In this document: positions 49,072 through 57,729 of the stretch, in pieces
Position numbering within the stretch: position 1 is the stretch's first letter
How the letters are laid out: the number at the start of each line of letters is the position of its first letter
Origin: Desulfovibrionaceae bacterium
GTDB lineage: Bacteria; Desulfobacterota; Desulfovibrionia; Desulfovibrionales; Desulfovibrionaceae
Direction: 5' to 3'
NCBI GenBank assembly: GCA_031551145.1
Contig: JAVBNZ010000009.1
Span: 2,824 to 66,823 of the forward strand
Length of the DNA: 64,000 bases
Program-made: the position numbers and the translations under genes
The notes under the pieces: generated by a model
Databases searched by the model: none
Seen by the model: only the letters and a program-made list of their open reading frames with translations
What the model was told of the DNA's origin: nothing

Positions 49072-51324
49072 ATGGACAGAAGCATAGAAAAACGCCTCCA
49101 GGCCCTTGCCGATCGCCTGCAGTACATGCGCGACATCTTCGGCGGCGCGGCCAACGAAAACGTGGACCTGCTGCAAGCCAAGCTCGCGGAATACCGCGAA
49201 CGCCAGACCTGGGACAGCCAGGCCGATCCCTTCGCCGACTTTTCCAATATCGAAGACCTCTTCGCCTTTGTCGAGCGCAAGCTGGAAGAAGATATCAGCC
49301 CCATGGACAGGGTGCGCATCGTGCGCCACCCGCAACGCATCTGCCTGCGCGACATCCTGGAGAACGTCTATGACAATTTCACGGAAATAGGCGGCCAGGA
49401 CGAGCACAGCATCGATCCCGGCATGCTTATCGCCCGTGCCTACATCACCCGCCGGCGCGGCAAGAAGGTCTGGCACCAGTCCGTCATGGTCATCGGGCAG
49501 GAAAAGGGACACGGCGAGGAATTCCGCAACGGCGGCTCGGTCAAGCCCTGGGGCAACGCCAAGGCCCTGCAGTACATGAAGGTCGCGGAAACCGAGGGCA
49601 TTCCCATCCACACCTATGTCTTCACCCCCGGCTCCTACCCCATAGAGGACTACCCCGGCGCGGCCCAGCAGATCGCCAAAAACATCTACGGCATGGCCGG
49701 CATACGGGTGCCCATCATCGCGGTCTTTTCCGAAGGCGGCTCCGGCGGGGCCGAGGCCATCGGCCTGGCGGACAAGCGCCTCATGCTCTCGCACGGCTAT
49801 TATTCCGTAATCTCGCCCGAGGGCGCGGCCGCCATTGAAGGCCGCCTGCGCGGCGGCCAACGCGCCGCGCCGGAACTCATCGAAGCCTGCGCCCGACATC
49901 AACACATCACCGCGCAGGACAACCTGGAATTCGGCTATATCGACCGGATCATCCAGGAACCTTCCCTGGGCGCGCGGCCGTATCACTTTGACTTCTTCCG
50001 CACCCTGCGCAAGGAGGTCATTCTGGCCACGGACGAGGCCATACTTTCCGTGCGCAGCTTTCCGCTGCTGCGCGGTCTGGCCGTGCGCCGCCGCCGGGCG
50101 GTGGACAACCCCGACGAGTACCCCGTGCGCTGGGGCCTTTCCTCGGCGGACAAAAAACGCCTCGTGCTCAAGCGTCAGAAAAAATTCCTGCGGCTTTCCC
50201 GTTTCGCCTGCGTGGACAAGCGCGCCTTTTTCTCCAAAATGTTCAACTCCTGGCGCGATCTCTACCGCAGCTGCTGGTACCGCATCAAATACGACTTCTA
50301 CCGCCGGCACAGGCGCAAGGTCACCTTTGTGCTTGAGGAAATCGAATCCGAACTCCTGCTCATCAAAACGCGCCTGCTCGCGCCCTTCACACGCCTGTTC
50401 GGACGCAAAAAGGCCGCGCTTGACCCGGAACTGGCGGCCGACGACCTTATGGCACTTTCCAACTGGGTGGAAGACAACCGCATACGGCGCTGGAACTATT
50501 TGAGCCCACGTTACAAAATCGACCGCACCCTCACCTGTCCCAATGCCGACACTTACGGTTGCATGGATTTGTGGGGGCCGGATCTCTTCGCGGAATTCGC
50601 GGGCGTTTGCAGCTATTGCGGCTACCATTTCCCCATGGAACCGGAATGGTATGTGGAGAACGTGTTCGACAAGGGTTCGGTCTTTGAATTCAACACCGAT
50701 ATCGAATCCGGCAACCCACTGGACTTCCCCGACTTTGACGAAAAGATCCGCGAAGCCCAGGAACGCACCGGCCACAAGAGCGGCTGCATGACCTTTGACG
50801 CCCGCATCGACAACATCTCCCTGGTCGTGGCCATGCTCATGGGCACGTTCAGGGGCGGTTCCGTGGGCGCGGCCGAAGGCCAGAAATTCATCGAAGCGGC
50901 CGAACGCGCCAAGAAAAACCGCCGGCCCTTCCTGGCCTACGTGCACGGCACGGCCGGCATACGCATCCAGGAAGGCACGCACGGCGTCATCCAGATGCCG
51001 CGCTGCACAGTGGCCGTAAAGCAGTATATCGAATCCGGCGGACTCTATGTGGTGCTGTACGACACCAACTCCTTCGCCGGCCCCGTGGCCAGCTTTCTCG
51101 GCTGCTCGCCCTACCAGTTCGCGGTGCGCTCCTCCAACATCGGTTTTGCCGGCCCCGGCGTGATCAAGGAGACCACCGGCATGGACATCCCGCCCAAATA
51201 CCACCGTTCCTATCGCGCCCTGTCGCGCGGGCATATCCAGGGCATATGGGACAGGCGGCACATACGCGCCAACATGAAGCAGACCCTGCTCACCATGGGC
51301 GGACGCAATCTCTATTACCGCTGA
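49072..51324 (+). CDS. carboxyltransferase, fused AccA-like (N-terminal) and AccD-like (C-terminal) halves
   Basis: AccA-like: GQEKGH..., FTPGSYP, GGSGGAEA. AccD-like: Cys-rich segment CPNADTYGC...CSYCGYHF, then GGSVGAAEG and GFAGPGVIKETTG; 750 aa. Confidence 0.88.
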   Translation: MDRSIEKRLQALADRLQYMRDIFGGAANENVDLLQAKLAEYRERQTWDSQADPFADFSNIEDLFAFVERKLEEDISPMDRVRIVRHPQRICLRDILENVYDNFTEIGGQDEHSIDPGMLIARAYITRRRGKKVWHQSVMVIGQEKGHGEEFRNGGSVKPWGNAKALQYMKVAETEGIPIHTYVFTPGSYPIEDYPGAAQQIAKNIYGMAGIRVPIIAVFSEGGSGGAEAIGLADKRLMLSHGYYSVISPEGAAAIEGRLRGGQRAAPELIEACARHQHITAQDNLEFGYIDRIIQEPSLGARPYHFDFFRTLRKEVILATDEAILSVRSFPLLRGLAVRRRRAVDNPDEYPVRWGLSSADKKRLVLKRQKKFLRLSRFACVDKRAFFSKMFNSWRDLYRSCWYRIKYDFYRRHRRKVTFVLEEIESELLLIKTRLLAPFTRLFGRKKAALDPELAADDLMALSNWVEDNRIRRWNYLSPRYKIDRTLTCPNADTYGCMDLWGPDLFAEFAGVCSYCGYHFPMEPEWYVENVFDKGSVFEFNTDIESGNPLDFPDFDEKIREAQERTGHKSGCMTFDARIDNISLVVAMLMGTFRGGSVGAAEGQKFIEAAERAKKNRRPFLAYVHGTAGIRIQEGTHGVIQMPRCTVAVKQYIESGGLYVVLYDTNSFAGPVASFLGCSPYQFAVRSSNIGFAGPGVIKETTGMDIPPKYHRSYRALSRGHIQGIWDRRHIRANMKQTLLTMGGRNLYYR

Positions 51325-51334
51325 AAGGCTTCTT

Positions 51335-51982
51335 ATGCTCAACATCACGGAACTTCTCGAAAAACTCAAGGCCTCGCCCTATGAGGAAGTCCATATCACC
51401 GCTCAGCACACCGGCGTGGTCAGCTTTGAAAAAATCAAAAAAGGCGACACTGTCCACGGCCCCGGCGGCGCCTGGAAGGAAAGGCCCGGCACCCGCCTTG
51501 CCGTGCTGGAGCGCGAGCACAATCCCAAGCCCGTCCATGCTCCGCAAAAGGGCGTGATCAGCCATGTACAGCATGATCTGGACGGCTGCTTCGTCCAGGC
51601 CGGGGCGCGCCTGATCACCATGCAGCACACCCTGACGCGCGACGAAGTGCTCAGCATCCTTTTGCGTCAGGCCCTGCATCTTTTCAAAGCGCCGGAGCGG
51701 GCCAAATATTATTTCACCCCGGAAGTGGACAAAAAAATCCGCGCGGGAGGCACACGCTCCGTCACCGTGCAGCCGGGCATGGAAGTGTTCATCATGTCGC
51801 GCATGAAGCGGGAAGTGCCGCTGGTCTATTCCGGCCCCGGCGGAATCATCTATGCCGTGTATTTCAAGCATACCGACAATGTGGACGCCGATCAGCCGCT
51901 CATCGGCGTGTGTCCGCCCGATCAGCTGGACGCCATTGAAGAGGTGGTCATGCGGGTTCAGACTGAATGGAAGGAACAGTAG
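51335..51982 (+). CDS. tandem biotinyl/lipoyl-like (hybrid-barrel) domain protein; candidate atypical biotin carboxyl carrier
   Basis: Two segments with the G..V....V..GD.V / QPL pattern. The second carries ...VFIMSRMKREVPLVYSGPGGIIYAVYFKHTDNVDADQPLIGV where canonical BCCP has EAMKM. The assignment is pattern-based and uncertain. Confidence 0.5.
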   Translation: MLNITELLEKLKASPYEEVHITAQHTGVVSFEKIKKGDTVHGPGGAWKERPGTRLAVLEREHNPKPVHAPQKGVISHVQHDLDGCFVQAGARLITMQHTLTRDEVLSILLRQALHLFKAPERAKYYFTPEVDKKIRAGGTRSVTVQPGMEVFIMSRMKREVPLVYSGPGGIIYAVYFKHTDNVDADQPLIGVCPPDQLDAIEEVVMRVQTEWKEQ

Positions 51983-52329
51983 AGCCTATGGGGAAAATAC
52001 TGCAAATCCGGGTCAGTGCCTGGACCTATGACGAAGGCGAAGTGGAGCGCGCCTGGCCGCGCCTGACCGAACTTGCCGCCGCCGTACCGCTCAAGCATGC
52101 CAAACTCGGCGTTATGGAACTGGTGGAGAGTCTTGACGACGGTCTGCGCTTCATGGACTGGCCCAAAGAGTTGAAAAACTCCATAGCGCCGGGCATAGAG
52201 CGCGCCGTGGCCGTCAAGCATCAGCTCGAAGGCGCGCTGGGGGACTGGGATCCGCGCCGGGCCAACAGCCTGAGCGACAGCCTGGAAGACATATTGGACG
52301 CGACCGAAGCTTCGTGTAAGATGTCGTAA
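51967..52329 (+). CDS. hypothetical protein (about 113-120 aa)
   Basis: Overlaps the preceding gene by 16 nt (or starts at ATG 51988). Helical and acidic; no domain recognised. Confidence 0.5.
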   Translation: MEGTVEPMGKILQIRVSAWTYDEGEVERAWPRLTELAAAVPLKHAKLGVMELVESLDDGLRFMDWPKELKNSIAPGIERAVAVKHQLEGALGDWDPRRANSLSDSLEDILDATEASCKMS

Positions 52330-52341
52330 AACGAGGGATAT

Positions 52342-52818
52342 ATGTTGAACAAAGTCATGCTTATCGGCCGTTTGGGCCGCGACCCGGAACTGCGCTACAC
52401 CCAGAGCGGCATGCCTGTGGCCTCGCTGCGCATTGCCACGGACGAATCGTATAACGACAAAGAAGGCAACCGCGTGGAGCGCACGGAGTGGCACTCCGTT
52501 TCCGTGTTCCAGCGCGCGGCCGAAAACTGCGCCAACTATCTCGGCAAGGGCAGTCTGGTCTTTGTGGAAGGCAGCCTGCAAACCCGCAAGTGGCAGGATC
52601 AGCAGGGGCAGGACCGCTATACGACGGAAATCAAGGCTTCGCGGGTGCAATTTCTGGATCGGCGCGGCGACGCGGCCGGCAAAGCGCCGCAGGGCGAGGA
52701 CGGCGACGCGCAGGCCCCCCGCAAACCCGCGCAGACCCGCGGCCGGCAGCAACAGAACGAAGATCTGGGGCCGGCCTTCCCGTCCGAGGCCAGCGGCATG
52801 GACGACATGCCGTTCTGA
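52342..52818 (+). CDS. ssb: single-stranded DNA-binding protein
   Basis: [35 protein letters not shown] fold, Gly/Gln/Pro-rich linker, acidic tip DDMPF. Confidence 0.95.
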   Translation: MLNKVMLIGRLGRDPELRYTQSGMPVASLRIATDESYNDKEGNRVERTEWHSVSVFQRAAENCANYLGKGSLVFVEGSLQTRKWQDQQGQDRYTTEIKASRVQFLDRRGDAAGKAPQGEDGDAQAPRKPAQTRGRQQQNEDLGPAFPSEASGMDDMPF

Positions 52819-53047
52819 TTCGGCATTTCTGTCTTTTTGCCCTCCGCCTTTGTCGAATTTCGCTTTTTACTTCGGGCGAGTAGGAAAAAAATACACTCCC
52901 TGGGTAAAAAGGTCATCCTTCGCGGCGGAGAACAAAAATTCTCACGGCGCAGGGTTTAGTGCGCGAAAACTATACACAAAAAACTTCATGCCCGATTTGA
53001 AATACTCCACTCAACTTCCCGGCGGGGGCTCATGAGTCCCCGCCCGC

Positions 53048-53075
53048 TTCCGCGCGGCGCGCGGAAACGCTTTTT
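53048..53075 (+). terminator. terminator-like hairpin TTCCGCGC-GGC-GCGCGGAA + ACGC + TTTTT (preceded by the hairpin at 53022-53043)
   Basis: Perfect 8-bp stem read directly, with the U-tract offset by 4 nt. It lies about 230 nt downstream of ssb. Confidence 0.4.
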
Positions 53076-53213
53076 CAGGCAACGCCCAAACGGCGTAGGG
53101 TCTCATTCTTTTCACACGGGGCGGCGAAGATGACTGCCCCGCTTTGCCGGCGCGTCGCGTCGGCCCTCTCTTTTCTTCTGAGTCATCAGGCACATGCCTC
53201 TCCCGCGGCGCGT

Positions 53214-53260
53214 CCGCCCTGAGTTCCGGTTTCAAGCCCGGTTCGGGCGGCGGTTTTTCT
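53214..53260 (+). terminator. terminator/attenuator-like hairpin immediately upstream of the yedE RBS
   Basis: CCGCCC...GGGCGG stem enclosing CCGG-TTTCAAGC-CCGG, followed by CGGTTTTTCTATTTT. It ends 33 nt before ATG 53293. Confidence 0.4.
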
Positions 53261-53292
53261 ATTTTCCACAACAACGCCACAAGGAGAAAACT

Positions 53293-54408
53293 ATGCGTTC
53301 CTGTCCAGACGGATGTCAAACCCAAGAAAATTTCTTTGCCGGCCTGCCGGGCATCGTACTTGTGGGCGCGATCATCGGCGTCGCGGCGGCATTTCTGCAA
53401 AAATCCGGCAACCCCGGCAATATGGGCGTATGCGTGGCCTGTTTTGAACGGGACATTGCCGGCGCGCTGGGCCTGCATCAGGCCGGGATTGTCCAATACC
53501 TGCGTCCGGAAATTATCGGACTGGGTCTGGGAGCCTTCATCGCGGCCCTGGCGACCGGCGAATGGCGCGCCCGGGGAGGATCCGCCCCCCTGGTGCGCTT
53601 TGTCCTCGGCATGGCTGCCGCCATCGGCGCGCTGGTCTTTCTGGGCTGCCCCTGGCGCGCCCTGCTGCGCCTGGCCGGCGGAGACGGCAACGCCCTGTGC
53701 GGATTCGCCGGCCTGGCCGCCGGCATCTTCGCCGGCACCCTCTTTTTCCGCAAAGGCTATTCCCTGGGGCGGGCCGATGTGCGGCACAAGGCTCTGGGCT
53801 TGGTCTTCCCCTTGTTGTTGCTCGTCCTGCTCGTCCTGCGTCTGGCCTTTCCGCCCTTGGACGGGCTGGATCGCAACGGCCCGCTGTGGTACTCGCTTAA
53901 AGGACCGGGCTCCATGCATGCCCCGCTCCTGATTTCCCTCGGTCTGGGGCTTCTTATCGGCGCGTTGGCGCAACGCAGCCGTTTCTGCACCATGGGCGCG
54001 TTGCGCGACGTGTTTTTGTTCAGGCAATTCCACCTCTTTGCCGGCATAGCCGCGCTCTTTGCCGGCGCGTTGGCGGCCAATCTTGTTTTCGGGCAGTTCA
54101 ACCCCGGCTTTGCCGGACAGCCCGTGGCCCATACCGACGGATTGTGGAATTTTCTGGGCATGGCTCTGGCCGGATTGGCTTTCGCCCTGGCGGGCGGCTG
54201 CCCCGGGCGCCAGCTTTTCGCCGCCGGAGAAGGCAATGCCGATGCAATGCTCTTCGCTCTGGGCATGCTTGCCGGCGCGGCAGTGGCTCACAATTTCGCC
54301 ATAGCAAGCAGCGGCGCGGGAATTTCAGCCAACGGTCCGCTTGCCGTGGGTTTGGGTTTCGCCTTCTGCCTGGGCGTGGGCTTTTTTTACAGCCGCATAC
54401 GAAACTAA
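53293..54408 (+). CDS. yedE: YedE-family membrane protein (putative selenium/sulfur-compound transporter)
   Basis: ORF 53194-54408 trimmed to ATG 53293 (AAGGAG upstream). Multi-TM, with conserved GNMGVCVACFERD and RSRFCTMGALRD Cys motifs typical of YedE/YeeE. Confidence 0.85.
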   Translation: MRSCPDGCQTQENFFAGLPGIVLVGAIIGVAAAFLQKSGNPGNMGVCVACFERDIAGALGLHQAGIVQYLRPEIIGLGLGAFIAALATGEWRARGGSAPLVRFVLGMAAAIGALVFLGCPWRALLRLAGGDGNALCGFAGLAAGIFAGTLFFRKGYSLGRADVRHKALGLVFPLLLLVLLVLRLAFPPLDGLDRNGPLWYSLKGPGSMHAPLLISLGLGLLIGALAQRSRFCTMGALRDVFLFRQFHLFAGIAALFAGALAANLVFGQFNPGFAGQPVAHTDGLWNFLGMALAGLAFALAGGCPGRQLFAAGEGNADAMLFALGMLAGAAVAHNFAIASSGAGISANGPLAVGLGFAFCLGVGFFYSRIRN

Positions 54409-54418
54409 AGGGGGCTGC

Positions 54419-54634
54419 ATGAATACCGAACTCGACACCTGCGGGCTTTCCTGCCCCCAACCCGTGCTGCTCATCAAAAACGCTCTGATGACACTGGAAA
54501 AGGGAGCTTTGATCGTGCTTTCGGACTCGGACGCAAGCCGCGAGAACATCAGCCGCCTGGCAAAAACTCTGGGTTGGGCAGTGACCTTGGAAGAACGGGA
54601 ATCAGGAATCTATGCTCTGACGTTGACGAAATAG
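54419..54634 (+). CDS. yedF: TusA/SirA-like sulfurtransferase (YedF-type)
   Basis: ORF 54341-54634 trimmed to ATG 54419: MNTELDTCGLSCPQPVLLIKNAL, with the CPxP active-site motif; 71 aa. Confidence 0.8.
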   Translation: MNTELDTCGLSCPQPVLLIKNALMTLEKGALIVLSDSDASRENISRLAKTLGWAVTLEERESGIYALTLTK

Positions 54635-54642
54635 CGCACGTA

Positions 54643-54687
54643 ACGCGCCGCGGATCCAATCATACGGGACTCGCGGCGCGTTTTTTT
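54643..54687 (+). terminator. strong intrinsic terminator after yedF
   Basis: ACGCGCCGCG-loop-CGCGGCGCGT stem followed by seven T (54681-54687). Confidence 0.8.
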
Positions 54688-54898
54688 CCAACCGCAAAAG
54701 GCCGTAAACAAACGGACACCGGAGCGTATTGACTTTTTTTCGAGAGAAGAGATTATGGTTTCGGGAGTTCTCGAAAACCGCCCCAAAAGCGTGAGCAGCC
54801 CCACGTTCCTTTGGCCGCAAAAGATGTGCAGCCGGCGGCGCATCCCGCAGCGGCGGACAGGTTCGGAAAAATCCGGCCCCGCTAAAAGAGGCAACACT

Positions 54899-55519
54899 AT
54901 GTTCAACAAAAAATCCCGCGTGCCGACGGCTCGTCTGTCGGACGCCGTTTCGGATACAATGCGGACGACACGAACCTTTTTCGGCGCGTTTGTGCGGGCG
55001 CCGATGCATGTGGGCTCCGTCTGCCCCAGCAGCCGGGCTCTGGCCCTGGCCCTGATCAGGCACATTCCCGTCAGCGACAAGGGGGTGATAGTGGATCTCG
55101 GCGCCGGTTCCGGCAGCGTCAGCGAAGAGCTGCTCCGTTGCGGCGTTGCTCCGGAAAAAATCCTTGCCGTGGAAATTTCGGAGGCGTTTGCCGAACTTTT
55201 CGTCAGGCGTTGCCCCAACGTCCCCCTGGCCATCGGCGACGCCCGCAGGCTCGGCAACGTGCTGGATCGTCACGCGCCGGGCAGGAGGGTCTGCGGCATC
55301 ATTTCCTCGCTGCCGTTCAGGGTCATGCCTTCGGAATGCGTTGCGGAAATATTGCGGGAAATCAGAAAAGTACTGCAGGAGCGCGGCGGTTCGTTCGTAC
55401 AGTACACATATGCGCTGTGGATGAACTATCCGCTTGCGAAATACGGCTTTTGTCCGCACGCGGGCAGCATCGTTCTGAAAAATCTGCCTCCGGCCAGAAT
55501 AGAATCCTACCGGTGTTGA
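54899..55519 (+). CDS. class I SAM-dependent methyltransferase (phospholipid N-methyltransferase / RrnaAD-like)
   Basis: ORF 54755-55519 trimmed to ATG 54899. SAM motif I VVDLGAGSGSVS; 206 aa. Confidence 0.75.
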   Translation: MFNKKSRVPTARLSDAVSDTMRTTRTFFGAFVRAPMHVGSVCPSSRALALALIRHIPVSDKGVIVDLGAGSGSVSEELLRCGVAPEKILAVEISEAFAELFVRRCPNVPLAIGDARRLGNVLDRHAPGRRVCGIISSLPFRVMPSECVAEILREIRKVLQERGGSFVQYTYALWMNYPLAKYGFCPHAGSIVLKNLPPARIESYRC

Positions 55520-55530
55520 GCGGCCCGCCT

Positions 55531-55800
55531 TCAGCGCACGTACTGGGGAATGTTGATCAACACGCCTCTGGTGAAGGTGAGAATCTGATCCATAATCCAG
55601 GGCAGGGCCAACAGCAGGGCTATGAACATACAGACGATCTTGGGGATGAAGCTCAAGGTCATCTCCTGAATCTGCGTGGCCGCCTGCACGATGCTCACCA
55701 CCACCCCCACGACCAGACCCACGCCGAGCATGGGCAGAGCCATCATCAACGTCAATTCTATGGCCTGCCTGCCGAAACCGATGACAAAATCCGGAGTCAT
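55531..55800 (-). CDS. fliQ: flagellar export apparatus protein FliQ
   Basis: ORF 55531-55842 trimmed to ATG 55800: MTPDFVIGFGRQAIELTLMMALPMLGVGLVVGVVVSIVQAATQIQEMTLSFIPK; 89 aa. Confidence 0.92.
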   Translation of the reverse strand: MTPDFVIGFGRQAIELTLMMALPMLGVGLVVGVVVSIVQAATQIQEMTLSFIPKIVCMFIALLLALPWIMDQILTFTRGVLINIPQYVR

Positions 55801-55856
55801 GGGAATACCCTCTTCTTCTGTTGAAACATTTTCACAGTTCATCCACTCCGGCCTCG

Positions 55857-56681
55857 TCAGAGGAAAAAGCTGTTCACAAGCGAGGCTATCAACAAATTCC
55901 AGCCGTCAACCATCACAAAGAGCAGGAGCTTGAACGGCATGGAAACCATCATCGGCGGCAGCATCATCATGCCCATGGCGAGAAGCACGCTGGAAACCAC
56001 CATATCCATGACCAAAAAAGGGACATAGAGCAGAAAGCCGATGGTGAACGCGGTTTTCAACTCGCTGATGATATAGGCCGCCGCCAGAAGAACGGTGGGC
56101 ACTTCTTCCTTGTTCCGGGGCTGGGCCGTTTTGGTTATGGCAAAAAAGACAGAGAGATCCTTTTCCCGTGTGTGCTTGAACATGAATTCCCGCAGGGGGA
56201 TCTGGGCGCGGTTGAGCGCCACCTTGTAATCGATGCGCTCATCCAGGTAGGGTTGCAGGGCGTTGTCGTTGATCTGCTTGCCCACGGGGAACATGATGAC
56301 CACGGTCATAAAAATGGCGAGGCTCGCCAGTATCTGGGTGGGGGGCAACTGCTGCACGCCCATGGCCTGACGCAGAAAGCTGAACACGATAATGATGCGC
56401 GTGAAGCTGGTGACCGTAAGCATAATGGCCGGCGCCAGCGAGAGGATGGTGAGCAGGAAGAGGATTTCGAGCAGGAGGGAGACTTTTTTCGGCTCCGGAT
56501 CCCCGCCGGAAAGCGTAAGCTGCAGGGCCGGCATGGGCAGTTCCTGCGCCGCAAGGCAAAGAGGGGGAAAGACGAACGCGGCGAACAGCCCGCAGAACAG
56601 AAGGAGGAATTTAGCCGCCGTCGGCTTCCTGACGGGCGGCTTCCTCAAGGCTTTTGCCGAAGTCCGCGTTTGTGCGTTCAT
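55857..56681 (-). CDS. fliP: flagellar export apparatus protein FliP
   Basis: Signal-like N-terminus, then conserved LLTILSLAPAIMLTVTSFTRIIIVFSFLRQAMG and GFLLYVPFLVMDMVVSSVLLAMGMMMLPP. Confidence 0.93.
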   Translation of the reverse strand: MNAQTRTSAKALRKPPVRKPTAAKFLLLFCGLFAAFVFPPLCLAAQELPMPALQLTLSGGDPEPKKVSLLLEILFLLTILSLAPAIMLTVTSFTRIIIVFSFLRQAMGVQQLPPTQILASLAIFMTVVIMFPVGKQINDNALQPYLDERIDYKVALNRAQIPLREFMFKHTREKDLSVFFAITKTAQPRNKEEVPTVLLAAAYIISELKTAFTIGFLLYVPFLVMDMVVSSVLLAMGMMMLPPMMVSMPFKLLLFVMVDGWNLLIASLVNSFFL

Positions 56682-57192
56682 TGTCTGTATCCGCCTCGGA
56701 TAAAAGAGTTATGTGTTGGTCGCTCAGTCCCAACAGCAATCTTTTATTCAAGAAGCGTACCACAACGAGTCCTTTGCGCGGACCGAGAGGCAGTTGGGCC
56801 TCCATGCGCAGAGCGTCACGCGGAAAACCGCCAGGAGAAGGCATGAAACGGAATTTGCCGGAGCGTCGCATAAGCCACAGCACGCCCCACAGCACGGCGA
56901 GAAGGAGAAAGAGAGCCCCTATGCCGTAAAAATAGCCGCCCCAGGAAAAACCTTCGACCGCCTGCGCCGCTCCCGGCATGGGAGGGGGAACGGCCTGGGG
57001 CGCGTCCTGCGCCGCGACAGGGCCGGAAACCTGGGGACCTTCCGCTGCAAGCGCGGCAGGCGCGTGGAGCACGGCGGCCAAACAGACGACAAAGATGCGC
57101 CGGGCAAGACATTCCCTGCGCTTTTCCCCCCGCGGGGCGTATATCCGGCGTGTGCTCCGCTGCATAGGTTTCGGCGTCGCGAGCCCGGTCAA
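56611..57192 (-). CDS. fliO: flagellar biosynthesis protein FliO (weakly conserved family)
   Basis: Position between fliN and fliP, and a single TM (GALFLLLAVLWGVLWLMRR). The TTG start overlaps the fliN stop; ATG 57165 is an alternative. Confidence 0.65.
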   Translation of the reverse strand: MTGLATPKPMQRSTRRIYAPRGEKRRECLARRIFVVCLAAVLHAPAALAAEGPQVSGPVAAQDAPQAVPPPMPGAAQAVEGFSWGGYFYGIGALFLLLAVLWGVLWLMRRSGKFRFMPSPGGFPRDALRMEAQLPLGPRKGLVVVRFLNKRLLLGLSDQHITLLSEADTDNERTNADFGKSLEEAARQEADGG

Positions 57193-57707
57193 CCGAGCTG
57201 CTTCACCCGCTCCATGGGGCTGATGATGTCGGTAAGGCGCACGCCGAATTTTTCGTTAATCACCACGGCCTCGCCCCTGGCCACCAGCTTGCCGTTGACG
57301 AAGACTTCCAGCGGTTCTCCGGCCAGCTTGTTCAACTCCACCACCGAGCCCTGGCCGAGTTGCAGCAGTTCGTTGATCAGCAGGCGGGTGCGCCCGAGTT
57401 CGGCGGACACATCCAGCGGGATGTCGAGGATGAAGTCCAGTTCGCGTTTGGGCGCGTCGTGCCGGGGCTGGTGGGCCGCATCGGTCATGTCCTTGAACAC
57501 GGCGTCGGAAGCCTGAGCCTTGAGCGTGGCCTTTTCCTTTTCGGCCTGAACCTGCGTTTTTTCATCCGCCGCCAGGGCCGCCGCCCACTGGGCCGCCAGT
57601 TCCTCATCGGAGGCGGAAGCACCGGCCTTGTCCTTGCCTTCCTCTTCCTCTCCAAGTTCCGCCGCCCACGCGGCGGCGAGCGCTTCCTGATCCGCGTTCG
57701 AGCTCAT
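57189..57707 (-). CDS. fliN: flagellar motor switch protein FliN
   Basis: ORF trimmed to ATG 57707. Acidic N-terminus plus SpoA C-terminal domain LDIPLDVSAELGRTRLLINELLQLGQGSVVELNKLAGEPLEVFVNGKLVARGEAVV. Confidence 0.88.
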   Translation of the reverse strand: MSSNADQEALAAAWAAELGEEEEGKDKAGASASDEELAAQWAAALAADEKTQVQAEKEKATLKAQASDAVFKDMTDAAHQPRHDAPKRELDFILDIPLDVSAELGRTRLLINELLQLGQGSVVELNKLAGEPLEVFVNGKLVARGEAVVINEKFGVRLTDIISPMERVKQLG

Positions 57708-57729
57708 AACGGCGCCCCTCTCCTTGATA

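Noticed and set aside
47610-51369. Minus-strand ORFs of 581 aa and 783 aa (47610-49355 and 49018-51369).
   Set aside because: They are antisense to accC and the fused carboxyltransferase, and have a low-complexity Gly/Ala/His/Arg composition.
53011-54291. A 426-aa minus-strand ORF across yedE. The same reasoning covers similar shadows at 17663-19444, 23083-24576, 43205-44407, 29766-31028, 31231-32682, 37382-38416 and 40161-41462.
   Set aside because: All overlap well-supported genes on the other strand and show shadow-ORF composition.
53293-54634. In-frame TGA (selenocysteine) recoding in or near the yedE-yedF selenium-related pair and the TlpA-like CxxC protein.
   Set aside because: All these ORFs are intact without read-through. 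The redox motifs are Cys (WCAPC, CPQP). I saw no split ORF pair joined by TGA.
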